Source: a virus. From it: 64,000 nucleotides of DNA. Below are positions 45,252 through 55,399 of this stretch, piece by piece. The notes under the pieces are model-generated. The model had not been told where the DNA came from. It worked only from the letters and a program-made list of their open reading frames with translations, and made no database searches. The stretch spans positions 1-64,000 of the IMG/VR virus record IMGVR_UViG_3300036985_002638; one strand, written 5' to 3'. A program made the translations under genes and the position numbers. How positions within the stretch are numbered: the first letter of the stretch is position 1; every line of letters starts with the position of its first letter.

Positions 45252-45596
45252 TTAATCTTTTTTGTTAATAGCTATCATAACATTTTGTAATAATTTTCCA
45301 GATATTTCTCCTATAATATAAGATGCGTGGATTAACTTATTATACTTACTATCAGCTTCTTTTTTTTCATCAGGCTTCATCATTTTACGTATAGGACTAG
45401 CTTTAATCATCTCACTATCTTTCTTTAGCATCTCTATAATACCTCTAGCGTGTAACATGGCTGCTAAATCATTATCAATACTATTCTTAGTTTCTAATTC
45501 ATATCCTTCTTTAGATATAGTTAGTTTGTAGTCAATAGAACCTTCTATTACTAAGTTTGTTGGAGACTCCGCCGACTTGTTTTCTTGTTTTTTCAT
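45252..45596 (-). CDS. Hypothetical protein
   Basis: 114 aa ORF. Confidence 0.55.
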   Translation of the reverse strand: MKKQENKSAESPTNLVIEGSIDYKLTISKEGYELETKNSIDNDLAAMLHARGIIEMLKKDSEMIKASPIRKMMKPDEKKEADSKYNKLIHASYIIGEISGKLLQNVMIAINKKD

Positions 45597-45735
45597 ATTT
45601 ATTTGTTTTTATAGTTATTTGCTAAGCATTTAAAGCATTGTAAGACTCCTTTTATAATATTCATGTCAGAAGTAAATACTGGGTGTAAGCTATACTCTGT
45701 AGGCTTTTTACAGATATAACATACTTTTGTTTCTT

Positions 45736-48360
45736 TTACTTCTTTTTCCATTTGTTCTTCATTTCTAATTCGTAGTATATAGTACTGTATTGCCCCTTAG
45801 ATGCGAAGGTAGTGTCATATCCTTTAGATTTCAAATATTCTAACTCTTTTTTATTACAAGGTTCTAATGATATAATATCCGCGCATTGTTGTTTAGTGTA
45901 AGTATTATTTTGAATGTCGTGTCCTAAATCAGATATATATTTCAACTGCGCGGATGTAGCTGCTTCTTGCATCTTTTTCCATCCAAATTGTTTAGCAGGA
46001 GGTAAATCAATTAATATAATCTTTTCGTCTTTCTTATGTAAGTTTTCTACATGAGCAACTCTTCTTTGTCTTTCTTCTAATATTTGTTGTTTTTTAGCAT
46101 CAGTAGTAAATACTCTATCTTCTAAATTAAGAACTCTATCTAACTCCCAACAATTTATAAGCTTGTGTCTTGATGTCGAATCAACGAAGTCCAGGATAGT
46201 ACAAACTTGACCGTATTTATCAACGTATTCTTTTGATTTTAATCTAGTACCTCTTCCTACCGATTGAACAAATTTAACTAATGATTTTGTAGGAGATACA
46301 TTACCAATACACCCTACTTCTGGATGATTAAATCCTGTAGTAAGCACCATTACATTAGTTAATACTTGTATCTTACCCTTCTTAAAATCAGATATTGTTT
46401 GTTTTCTTTCAGGAGTTACTTTTTCGTCTCCAACAACAGGTTTACAACTAATTCCGTATTCGTTAAATATTTCAGATAAATCAACCGCGTGTTGTATATC
46501 AACACAAAAGAATATCCCTTGTTTTCCTGTAGCGTGTTTGATATAACTTTCAACTACTAATCTATTTCTTTTAGGTATATTTACTTCTGTAGCTAAATCC
46601 TTTGTATTAAGCTCTCCAGCAGTTGTTTTTACATTGTCTAATGAAACGTCTGTCTTAATTCTAATACCGTCTAATTGGCATAGGTAATTGTTTTTAATAC
46701 CATCTGCAATATTGTATTCAAATGTTATTTTATCAAATAAATTACCTAGAGATAAGCCGTCCATACGATACGGAGAAGCTGTCAATCCAACCATTAACTT
46801 AGGTTTGAAGTAATTTAAAGGCATGATATAAGTTCGACTCATATATTTATGGCACTCGTCCACAATAATTAGATCGAAATAATCTTCAAGTATCTTATCG
46901 AGTCTCCTGTAGAGTGTTTGTGCGCTGGCTACGATGACTTCTGCGTCTATTTTGAACGTATCTGCTTTAATAACGCCCATTCTAAACTGATTATTCTTAT
47001 TCTCGAAATGACACTTAGCTCCGTTAACCCAATTAATGAATCCTATTCCTTCAACGTGTCCAGCCATTTCTTCATCGAATTTATTTTCAATGAATGCAAG
47101 TGCTGATTGTTCGATTAGTTCTTCTGTATCAGCGATAAATAGAACCCTTTTAGCTTTTAAGCGTTCAGATAGTTCTACTGCAACTTTAGTTTTGCCCGTA
47201 TTGTGATGTACCGTAAAGTCACCTGTTAAGTATAAATGATTTCCATCTAATTCAAACCCATAAAAATCATCTTCTGTTAATGGCTCTACAGAAAATCCAG
47301 TAACTAAAACATCTTTTATTTGTCTTCTAGGACTCGCTTGTTTCCTTTTTATTTTACAAGGAATTTTATCAGTATGTCCGCTTATGTATATTCTATAATA
47401 TAATCCTTCAAAATTAATTGATTTTATTTTTGCTATTTTTTCTTTTTTATAAGCGCAAAACCCTAAAGACCTAGCTAAAAATAAAATATCGTCAGCTAAA
47501 GAATTGTATTTAGAAGATATTTCATATCCGCATCCATCGTGATTTAAGCTTCCATCAGAATCAATTAATCCCGCTAATAATTGCAATCTAGCATCCTCGT
47601 TTCCTGTTAATAATAGGCTTGGTATTATTTTCTCCCCAGTAATACACATACTTTTGCATATTTCAGATATGCTATTCTTATCTTTTCTAGCCTGATGTCC
47701 ATTTGGCATTGTAAATGAAAAGAACATACACCTATCTTCAGGAACAGTTTTTTTAATAGTTATTTCTGGATGGTTTATTGAACAAAACTCTTTAAATTCC
47801 CCAAAGAACCAATTTTCAACTTCAATATCAGGAATAGTTATTTGAGGAGTATTGAATGTTCCGTCTCCTAACCATAATCCTATAAAATAAGGATGAGTAG
47901 GACTTCCTTTATCTATACTGCTTATTATTGGCTTTCTGTAAAGTTTATATAAATGTTTTTTTGATTTACTCCAATCTAAATAATCCTTAACTGTTACGTT
48001 TTCTATTTTATTAGGATTATATTTTTCTCTATGAGGTTTTAATGTAGTTCTTTTTAAAGATAAAATATGGTTTTCGTTAACCATAAATGAATCTCCTTTA
48101 ACTGGAGTTATTTTATACATCAACTCGTTACCTCTAGCTAAGTTTAATACGGTTCTTTCAGTAGAATCATCTCCCATTAATTTATCTCCAACAACAATAT
48201 CCTGAACCATTTTAATAGTTCCGTCAAACATTATGATCGGAGTATTTAGAGCATGGCATCCAGTAGCTAATACAAGTAATAGCTTATCATTACCATTCTT
48301 TAAATCATCTTCTATACAAGCTAACGCTTGTTCTTGATAAGGCCTCAAGTTCTTTACCAT
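45736..48360 (-). CDS. Superfamily II (DEAD/DEAH, ResIII-like) helicase containing an intein
   Basis: LRPYQ, split Walker A ATG|TGKT, DECH, GLTASP, VLTTGFN.P, QSVGRGTR. Confidence 0.9.
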   Translation of the reverse strand: MVKNLRPYQEQALACIEDDLKNGNDKLLLVLATGCHALNTPIIMFDGTIKMVQDIVVGDKLMGDDSTERTVLNLARGNELMYKITPVKGDSFMVNENHILSLKRTTLKPHREKYNPNKIENVTVKDYLDWSKSKKHLYKLYRKPIISSIDKGSPTHPYFIGLWLGDGTFNTPQITIPDIEVENWFFGEFKEFCSINHPEITIKKTVPEDRCMFFSFTMPNGHQARKDKNSISEICKSMCITGEKIIPSLLLTGNEDARLQLLAGLIDSDGSLNHDGCGYEISSKYNSLADDILFLARSLGFCAYKKEKIAKIKSINFEGLYYRIYISGHTDKIPCKIKRKQASPRRQIKDVLVTGFSVEPLTEDDFYGFELDGNHLYLTGDFTVHHNTGKTKVAVELSERLKAKRVLFIADTEELIEQSALAFIENKFDEEMAGHVEGIGFINWVNGAKCHFENKNNQFRMGVIKADTFKIDAEVIVASAQTLYRRLDKILEDYFDLIIVDECHKYMSRTYIMPLNYFKPKLMVGLTASPYRMDGLSLGNLFDKITFEYNIADGIKNNYLCQLDGIRIKTDVSLDNVKTTAGELNTKDLATEVNIPKRNRLVVESYIKHATGKQGIFFCVDIQHAVDLSEIFNEYGISCKPVVGDEKVTPERKQTISDFKKGKIQVLTNVMVLTTGFNHPEVGCIGNVSPTKSLVKFVQSVGRGTRLKSKEYVDKYGQVCTILDFVDSTSRHKLINCWELDRVLNLEDRVFTTDAKKQQILEERQRRVAHVENLHKKDEKIILIDLPPAKQFGWKKMQEAATSAQLKYISDLGHDIQNNTYTKQQCADIISLEPCNKKELEYLKSKGYDTTFASKGQYSTIYYELEMKNKWKKK
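47200..48258 (-). mobile_element. Intein (353 aa) with LAGLIDADG homing endonuclease
   Basis: Begins C-HALNTPIIMFDG, ends FTVHHN followed by +1 Thr; internal YFIGLWLGDG and LLAGLIDSDG. Confidence 0.95.
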
Positions 48361-48363
48361 ATA

Positions 48364-48864
48364 CTACTTACCTAATTTTTTAAGGTTACTGAATAGAGTT
48401 GCTACTACAGGAATATCTTTAATTCTGTTTCCTGTAACATTAGCATGAGGGTAACAGTTTTCAATATCATTAAGACTATATTTAGGGTTGTTGTCTTCTA
48501 TGTAATTAAATCTGTTTTTTTCTGATGTGAATGTTAAATATCTATCAGCCACTTCCTTATCTTGTTTAGAGAAGTTATGAATAACAGCAATATTTTGTGA
48601 TGGAATAGTTAAATCTTTACTTAATAAATATAATACAGTAAAATTCTTTTCAAACATCTCCGCGCCGTCTGTAGTAATGTATATTGGAGATTTACTTTCT
48701 ATATGCCATGGAATAACATCTTCTTTTACTTCTTCCCAATCTAAAGAATCTTCTATTATCCATTTGGCAATAGCTTCACATTCTTTATAAGCATAGTAAT
48801 AGTTCTTGTTACTTACTCCAATTTCTACAATGATTCCTGTTTTTTTATGTTTGTACTTTTTCAT
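48364..48864 (-). CDS. Hypothetical protein
   Basis: 166 aa preceded by the promoter motif at 48883-48912. Confidence 0.6.
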   Translation of the reverse strand: MKKYKHKKTGIIVEIGVSNKNYYYAYKECEAIAKWIIEDSLDWEEVKEDVIPWHIESKSPIYITTDGAEMFEKNFTVLYLLSKDLTIPSQNIAVIHNFSKQDKEVADRYLTFTSEKNRFNYIEDNNPKYSLNDIENCYPHANVTGNRIKDIPVVATLFSNLKKLGK

Positions 48865-49035
48865 AATTATTAATTTAAAAGGTTATACGTTAAATGATTT
48901 AGAAAGGTTACGATTATTATAGAAAATAATTCAAAGTTGAGTTAAAAAAGATTAGTGGATGTTGCAACTTATTCTTACATCGGTTTTTGTCTCCCCGAAT
49001 CACTAATCTCTTAATCCGCCATGGATTTAATAAAT

Positions 49036-49170
49036 ATTACAAGTTATCTCCTCTTACTATAAGATATGAATGAAGCCAAGCAGGGCATCATATCTCCTTA
49101 CCTGACGTGTATAGTCAATCAGAGACTCCAGCTAGGATTTTAGAGTCCAGCGGTGGCGTTACCTTGTAAT
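49036..49170 (-). ncRNA. Candidate structured ncRNA directly downstream of tRNA-Gln
   Basis: Closing stem ATTACAAG/CTTGTAAT with internal stems GACTC/GAGTC, CTGA/TCAG and AGATATGA/TCATATCT; no ORF in the track. Confidence 0.4.
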
Positions 49171-49173
49171 TTG

Positions 49174-49246
49174 TTGTCTGACTAAGGCTCGAACTTAGAC
49201 TCTACTGAACCAAAATCAGTCGTGTTGCCAGTTACACTATCAGACA
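49174..49246 (-). tRNA. tRNA-Gln (TTG)
   Basis: TGTCTGA-TA-GTGTAACTGGCAACAC-G-ACTGA-TTTTGGT-TCAGT-AGAGT-CTAAG-TTCGAGC-CTTAG-TCAGACA-A; CCA not encoded. Confidence 0.92.
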
Positions 49247-49371
49247 ATTTATCAGCAGATTACTCGTTGTTTTAATAAATCCACTGTTAAGTAGTTTTAC
49301 GAGGTCTGCTGATAGTTGTTAAACAAACAATATAAAGAACGATAGTTTTACCTGATTACAAATTTAATAAA

Positions 49372-49584
49372 TTATATTGGTTTAAAAGGATATACTCCTT
49401 TAAAATGTAAGTTAAAGTGTCGTCCAATAGATTCGCTATCAATTAACTTCCTAAACTCTTCTGCGGACACATCAGAGTATTCGTATTGCTTACCTTGATT
49501 GAATGTTACAATAAGGATATTAGTCTCTGTATTGTACTCTAATGCCTTTATTTGGCTACTTACTACTTCTAATTTAGTTTTCAT
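49372..49584 (-). CDS. KTSC-domain protein
   Basis: Start reassigned to MKTKLEV; VSSQI..L.Y.......L.V.F..G..YEY.DV....F..L...SIGRHF. Confidence 0.85.
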   Translation of the reverse strand: MKTKLEVVSSQIKALEYNTETNILIVTFNQGKQYEYSDVSAEEFRKLIDSESIGRHFNLHFKGVYPFKPI

Positions 49585-49754
49585 TGTCTTGTTTGTTTGT
49601 TTTTTGATTGTGTTTTTCACAAAATAAATCATTTGTAAGTCCAACAGATATAATTACTCTACACAAATTACATAGAGTAGCACCACTTCCATTGTTTAAT
49701 TTGTGTATAGGTTTTATTTTTTTTATCTTTTTCATATTAGTCTTGTTTGTTTAG

Positions 49755-50048
49755 TTAGTAAAATCCTTTTCCTACTACTTCTTCCCACAACTGAATCATA
49801 GTAGTTCTAATAGAATCTTGTTGTTGTTTATCTAATAATCCAAAATCGTGTCTATATCTCATAGCCATTGAATCTATAAGTTTAGGGTTTGGACTATTTA
49901 CTTCAATCTTTTCAGCCATATCTTTTTGACATTGAGTGTAGCCATAGGTAACTGCATCCGCAATACTGTGCGAAGTCCAATCATTAAACATATTAACTTT
50001 ATCAGAATACTTATAGCTTAGTTTTTGTATTTCTTCTTTGCTTTTCAT
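49755..50048 (-). CDS. Hypothetical protein
   Basis: 97 aa; LIDSMAMRYRHDFGLL...M.QLWEEVVG.GFY phage-type domain. Confidence 0.6.
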   Translation of the reverse strand: MKSKEEIQKLSYKYSDKVNMFNDWTSHSIADAVTYGYTQCQKDMAEKIEVNSPNPKLIDSMAMRYRHDFGLLDKQQQDSIRTTMIQLWEEVVGKGFY

Positions 50049-50615
50049 AGCGTTTTTGTTTTTAGATTGTTTTGAAATTTATTACACTTTTTATTTTATT
50101 TGCATTATCAATAGTTGTTTGTAACATATTACCAGAATAAGAACCAAACTTTATTTCTTTCCATAAGGATGAATATAAATCAATCCATTGTGTAACTGTC
50201 ATAGCAGGCATTCCTTCTAGTATTTTTATTTGATTTTCCATGATTATTATTGTTTGATTTATACTGTTAAACGTAAATAAAATAAAAAGGTTACATAAAA
50301 AACAAAACTCCCGAATTAACGAGAGTTCTGCTGGACAAAAACAAGAAATAATCAGTCAAAAAGCAACACGAACCATTTGAAAGTTATGGTAAATTTAATA
50401 TTTTTAACTCAAAGTTGAATTATTTTTTAAAAGTAATTGAAAATATTTATATCTTTGAGGCATATAATTAATAGGTGAGACTTTTGGTTATATAAAAAAG
50501 ATTGATTATTTTTACAAAGATTTTATAACATACTGGCTAGTGCTACACAACTGCCTCAACTCCTAGAAGTCTCACACGGTAATTCGTTTGAGGCTTTTGT
50601 GTTTTTAGGAAGTTT

Positions 50616-51329
50616 ATGAATATTAACCAATTACTAATAAAAGATTTAATCGAGATGAATAAGCAGCGTTATTTAGCTGTATTCATTAAGTTTAAGAGTA
50701 TCTATAGTAGTGGATGTGTTCATAATTATTCTCCTTATAAATTCTCATCAGTAACTAAATTAAGCCGTAATTCTGTAAAGAAGTATGTAGATTACTTTAT
50801 TGCTAATGGATGGGCTAGAATGGACGGAAACAACTTAATCTTTAATAAATTTAGATCGTTTGACGAGAATAAGAAAAGATTAATGTGTGTCATCAGTTTT
50901 AAGAAATCAATAAAAGAAATAGAAATATTATTATACAGAGAAGTATTAAGATTAAAACAATCTCAATTTAACTTTCTGAAACGTGTGAAATGCGACCTAC
51001 AAAATCCAACAGGAATTAAAACGTATAAACGAGCTTTAAATACTCAGAAAAAATATACACTTAATTCCGAAAACCTCCCAGGTGCGCAGGAGAAGTACAA
51101 AGTTTCAATAAAGAAGATTGCAGAGAGTTTTAATTGCTCTGTAGGTAAAGCAATGGGTGTAATAGATAAACTTTGTGAGAAGAATCAGATTAAGCGATTT
51201 AGGCAAATGGAGATAGTTTGTTTTGGTATGACTAAAGCAATTAATCAGCAAGCTATAAATACTCACAAAGGAGCTTATTTCAGTAGAAATCAAGTAGTTT
51301 ATAGATACACTAATAAATATACTTTTTAA
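50616..51329 (+). CDS. Putative replication initiator / winged-helix DNA-binding protein
   Basis: 237 aa, basic; two HTH-like segments (LSRNSVKKYV; SIKKIAESFNCSVGKA); preceded by TATCTTTG (-7 element) and a structured leader. Confidence 0.5.
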   Translation: MNINQLLIKDLIEMNKQRYLAVFIKFKSIYSSGCVHNYSPYKFSSVTKLSRNSVKKYVDYFIANGWARMDGNNLIFNKFRSFDENKKRLMCVISFKKSIKEIEILLYREVLRLKQSQFNFLKRVKCDLQNPTGIKTYKRALNTQKKYTLNSENLPGAQEKYKVSIKKIAESFNCSVGKAMGVIDKLCEKNQIKRFRQMEIVCFGMTKAINQQAINTHKGAYFSRNQVVYRYTNKYTF

Positions 51330-51412
51330 TCAATAATTATGTGTCAAAAAAATGAATCTTATTTAAATCCAACTCCTATTCCTACGGAATACTTAACAGT
51401 AATACTTAAACA

Positions 51413-51685
51413 ATGGAAGAACTAGAAAGAAGATATAACGCAAAAGAACGTCAGCGAAATTCTGATTATTTTAACTCTGAAATTTTACCAGAATTGAAGA
51501 AAAAATATGTACACGGAATTATCAATAAAGATAGCGAACAAAATAGATTTAAGTACAATAGAAATATCGTTGATTATTATCCAAGAAGAAAGAGATTGTG
51601 TCACGTAAATAGTGGACAATGGTTTACGGTGGACGAGGATGAATTTATAGCTAGTAGAATAATATTTTTACTTAACAGAAAATAA
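51413..51685 (+). CDS. Hypothetical protein
   Basis: 90 aa ORF. Confidence 0.5.
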   Translation: MEELERRYNAKERQRNSDYFNSEILPELKKKYVHGIINKDSEQNRFKYNRNIVDYYPRRKRLCHVNSGQWFTVDEDEFIASRIIFLLNRK

Positions 51686-52012
51686 TTGTAACCTTATTTA
51701 AAGAAACATAGTATAAGCTATTAAAATTTAAAACATCCGCCGACTATGAAAGACTTATCAATTAAATACTCTAAGAGTGAAGTAAGAGAGAGGAAAAAGA
51801 GATTTCCTAAATTACATCCGCGAGATAAGCAAAAGAAAAACAAAGAAATATTCGATAAAAGTTATTTTGGATTATTATTAGCAGAACGTAACCTTTTAAA
51901 CAAATAAAACGTATAAAAATCATGGAAGAAACATTAATTAAATCAGCTTATTGGGATAACTTTAATCTTAACTTGTATATTAGTTATCTTCAGAAAAAAA
52001 TAGCATTAACTT

Positions 52013-52198
52013 ATGGAACAAAATAATATGGGAGCAAATAAATCAATAAAAGTAATATTCAAGGCATACGATCAAACTCACGAGTTGATATTTCCTGCAA
52101 CACATCAATTATCTGATGTATCTAATTATCTTCGTAATGTCTGTAATACTTACATTATTGTAGACTTAATTCCAACTTCAAAAGAACCTACAATTTAA
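52013..52198 (+). CDS. Hypothetical protein
   Basis: 61 aa ORF. Confidence 0.45.
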   Translation: MEQNNMGANKSIKVIFKAYDQTHELIFPATHQLSDVSNYLRNVCNTYIIVDLIPTSKEPTI

Positions 52199-52322
52199 CT
52201 CAAACTTGAATTATAAATGATTAGAGATAAGTTTATAGAGATTATATCTGGCAGAGAGTCTAATATAATAATAGGATTAGGCATATTAGTATTGGTATGT
52301 ATAGCACTTAATAATTAATAAG

Positions 52323-52649
52323 ATGAGTAAAGAAGAAGCAATAGACTTAATAGCAGGTCGCATAATTGATGAGTATAGAAAGCATCCGTTATTAGAATGG
52401 AATAAAATAGCGGCTAGTAAAATACACTCGCAATGGTTTCAGCATTATACAGATGAGATAAATGATTTAAAGAGTCAATTATTAATATCTGAACAGAAAG
52501 TGAAACTAAACTATGTAAATTTAGTAGACGCTATTAATGAGAATGAGCAGTTAAAAGAAGGTATATCTGATTTAAAATTACAGCTCAAAGCGGCGGATAT
52601 TGATTTAGAACATTATAAAAAAATAGCCTCTGATAATAACCATTTTTAA
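52323..52649 (+). CDS. Hypothetical coiled-coil protein
   Basis: 108 aa ORF. Confidence 0.55.
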   Translation: MSKEEAIDLIAGRIIDEYRKHPLLEWNKIAASKIHSQWFQHYTDEINDLKSQLLISEQKVKLNYVNLVDAINENEQLKEGISDLKLQLKAADIDLEHYKKIASDNNHF

Positions 52650-52838
52650 AACACATAAAATAATGCAAATATTATATTACATATGGGAGGTATTGTGTCA
52701 GATATGGCCAATAGCTTTAATAATGGGATTTATATCTATTCCTTTACTTTGGATATGGTTTAATGAAGAGAGTGAATATGAATCTCTTGATGACCATTAT
52801 AGCAGTGAGGATGTTAATGATGAATCTAATATTTAATT

Positions 52839-53195
52839 ATGACTGAGAAACAACTATTCACTTACACTAATACTGTAATATGTGCTGAGTTACTATCTAA
52901 CTATCTTGAGAGTTTAAAAGAAACTCCTGTGTATAGACAGCAGATAAAGCATTTGTCAGGTAATCTGTCCACTGAGTTAGAAAAGATGCTTAAAACAGAA
53001 CTTCCTAAGATATTTGATGTAGATGAGGTATTCACTGTTAATCTAATGAGAGAGTATAAGGATTTAGTAGAAAATCTTACTTCGGCATCGGCGGATGATT
53101 TAATAGTAATCGGACAACTAATAAAAGAATACAAGAAGGACAGTAGTAAGTTCCTAGATAAATTTGAAATAACCTTAACTAAGATAGATGAGTAA
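52839..53195 (+). CDS. Hypothetical protein
   Basis: 118 aa, helical. Confidence 0.55.
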   Translation: MTEKQLFTYTNTVICAELLSNYLESLKETPVYRQQIKHLSGNLSTELEKMLKTELPKIFDVDEVFTVNLMREYKDLVENLTSASADDLIVIGQLIKEYKKDSSKFLDKFEITLTKIDE

Positions 53196-53496
53196 CATAG
53201 AGTCAAATAAATTGATAGCGGAATTTATGCAAATTCCTAAATGTAAAAGATGTGAAAATTGTGGAGCGTATCAGTATAGTGCGGCTATTATTTTCCATCC
53301 AAAAGAAATGCTTTACGACTCATCTTGGGATTGGTTAATGCCAGTATGTAAAAAGATATGTAAAACAACCCCTTATAACTCTTATTTAGCTATAGAAACT
53401 ATTACGGTATTTGCGGATATTGAAGATGTGTATAAAGCAGTTGTAGAATTTATAGAATGGCATAATAAACCTGATAAAATGGTTGTGGACGAATAG
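53188..53496 (+). CDS. Hypothetical phage protein
   Basis: SNKLIAEFM...YDSSWDWLMPV...VYKAVVEFIEW pattern. Confidence 0.65.
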   Translation: MSNIESNKLIAEFMQIPKCKRCENCGAYQYSAAIIFHPKEMLYDSSWDWLMPVCKKICKTTPYNSYLAIETITVFADIEDVYKAVVEFIEWHNKPDKMVVDE

Positions 53497-53620
53497 TCTA
53501 TTCTAAACTCTAAAACACCCCTGAGCATAATAAAGAATAATGGGTAAAAACCACTCATAAAACAAAATATATAGGTTTATAGTAATTATATGAATAAAAT
53601 AATGCAAATTTGAGTTATAA

Positions 53621-54166
53621 ATGGCAGGAAACACTAAACTAATAGAATCTATAACCTTAAAAGAGCTTCTACCTAAACAGGAGTTGGCGGACCAATCTTG
53701 TAATAAAGCCTTCACTCGTCATTTGTGTAACATATTCCTTTACTTAGACACAACAGAGTGCGCCTTATTCACATGGCTTGTAGGATATAGTGACCAAGTG
53801 AACGTATTTACATACTCCACCACTCTATTACAACAGTTTGATAAAGCTTCTGATAGAGCCATGGAGATATATGGAGTAGATAAGGTAAAGTATAAAACTT
53901 CGAGGGACAATGCGCGGATGACATTTATATCTTTAGTAGAGAAAGGACTATTAATAAGAATAAAAGGTAAGAATAGATTTATGATCAATCCTTATATGGT
54001 ATATTCAAGTAATCCTAGAAAGTTTGCAAGAGCATCAAGACATAAGGAGTATTTAGATATTATAGAATTTAGTTCGGCGGATAAACTAGCAGGAGAATTA
54101 ACAGAATATTGTAATGATATAGAAAGAGTGTTTAAAGAATATACAAAGAAATATGGAAATTGGTAA
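53621..54166 (+). CDS. RepL-like winged-helix protein
   Basis: F.SLVEKGLLIR......FMINP...Y resembles the RepL C-terminal wHTH. Confidence 0.55.
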   Translation: MAGNTKLIESITLKELLPKQELADQSCNKAFTRHLCNIFLYLDTTECALFTWLVGYSDQVNVFTYSTTLLQQFDKASDRAMEIYGVDKVKYKTSRDNARMTFISLVEKGLLIRIKGKNRFMINPYMVYSSNPRKFARASRHKEYLDIIEFSSADKLAGELTEYCNDIERVFKEYTKKYGNW

Positions 54167-54491
54167 GCGTAAGTCTAAAGTAATTACATTAAAAGGAGAG
54201 GATGCCTTCATAAGACTCCTAGCAGCTCAATTTGGCACCACGGCGGATATGGAAATAAATCTTATTAAAGTCCTTATTAAATTCGACTTGTTTACGCCAT
54301 TTTGTATGGAGAAGCATATGAGACGGCGGATACAAAAAGAGATGGATGTACCTTACACAACATTAGGAACAGCTATAACCCGACTAATAAAGTCAGGTAT
54401 AATAGCAAGGAACGGAAAGAATGTTTATGTTAATGTCGCTTTTAGGGGTCTCGAAAATATAGATTCAATAGTGTTTAAGAAAGCATTATAA
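54153..54491 (+). CDS. Winged-helix DNA-binding protein
   Basis: IQKEMDVPYTTLGTAITRLIKSGII.RNG..VYVN. Confidence 0.6.
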   Translation: MEIGKRKSKVITLKGEDAFIRLLAAQFGTTADMEINLIKVLIKFDLFTPFCMEKHMRRRIQKEMDVPYTTLGTAITRLIKSGIIARNGKNVYVNVAFRGLENIDSIVFKKAL

Positions 54492-54981
54492 ATTTTTTGC
54501 GCTTTAAATTTATATTAACATAATACCTTGTAGTGTTGTAATATTTACATAATTCAGATATCGAATTAAAATACCTATTATCATCTTTGTTCATTATTTT
54601 CTTAGACATTCTATCTGTACTTATTCGCTTATTCAATTCACTTATTTTAGCAAGTCCACTTTTGTGCGCGTGATAAGTGTTTTCGCTAGCCGTAACCCAC
54701 TCTAAATTAGAAACATGATTGTTCAACTTATTACCATCTTTATGATTCACTTGAGGTAGATTATTTTCGTTTTCTATAAAATGAATTGCAACCAATCTAT
54801 GAATATAGAAATTAGCTCTTTTTTTTAGATACGTTAAGCTAACTTGTAAATATCCTGCTCCAGCTATATTTGCAGCCATTTTCTTTTGGTTTTTTCTAAT
54901 AACTATTGCTGTATTGCTTATTTTATAAATACCTTCATAGCCTATTACATCTTTCCAAATTTCATTTTCTATATTTTCCAT
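54475..54981 (-). CDS. NUMOD4/HNH homing endonuclease
   Basis: Start reassigned to MENIENEIWKDVIGYEGIYKISN; IHRLVA.HFI.N.NNLPQVNHKDGNKLNN.VSNLEWVT.SEN. Confidence 0.92.
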   Translation of the reverse strand: MENIENEIWKDVIGYEGIYKISNTAIVIRKNQKKMAANIAGAGYLQVSLTYLKKRANFYIHRLVAIHFIENENNLPQVNHKDGNKLNNHVSNLEWVTASENTYHAHKSGLAKISELNKRISTDRMSKKIMNKDDNRYFNSISELCKYYNTTRYYVNINLKRKKFIMLS

Positions 54982-55141
54982 TTTAATTAAAATAAGAAAC
55001 CCTCTAAGTTTGAGGTGGTAGACTCGCACAAAAAGGGTTCTTTTTTAAATATTTTTATATTATCGCTACCACACGACAGCGTAAAAGTAGTTATTTTAGT
55101 TTAATTAAGCAAGTAATTTAGATTATAATTCCTTTTATAAA

Positions 55142-55399
55142 TTAATCTCTAGCAAGCCCTGAGTTACGCTCCTCGTATCGTTGCTCCCAATAGTCAAAAC
55201 TCGTTTGTTCGTAATGTTTTTGGCATTTCCAATTAAGGTTTTCGATGTCGGAGGATGGTATCAACTCGCTAATCTCCAGACTTCCATTCTTAATAGAGTT
55301 TATTCTAATAGTAACTTCACCATCTTCTTTGAAGTATTCGAAGTCTATATCAATATTGATTATAGCTCCATCAATAGTTATTTCAGTGTTATATGTCAT
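55142..55399 (-). CDS. Hypothetical protein
   Basis: 85 aa acidic ORF. Confidence 0.5.
   Translation of the reverse strand: MTYNTEITIDGAIINIDIDFEYFKEDGEVTIRINSIKNGSLEISELIPSSDIENLNWKCQKHYEQTSFDYWEQRYEERNSGLARD

Noticed and set aside
49120-49173. Theta (HDV-like) ribozyme after tRNA-Gln
   Set aside because: The trailer does not start with G at the tRNA end and I could not fit the nested double pseudoknot. Kept only as a generic ncRNA candidate.
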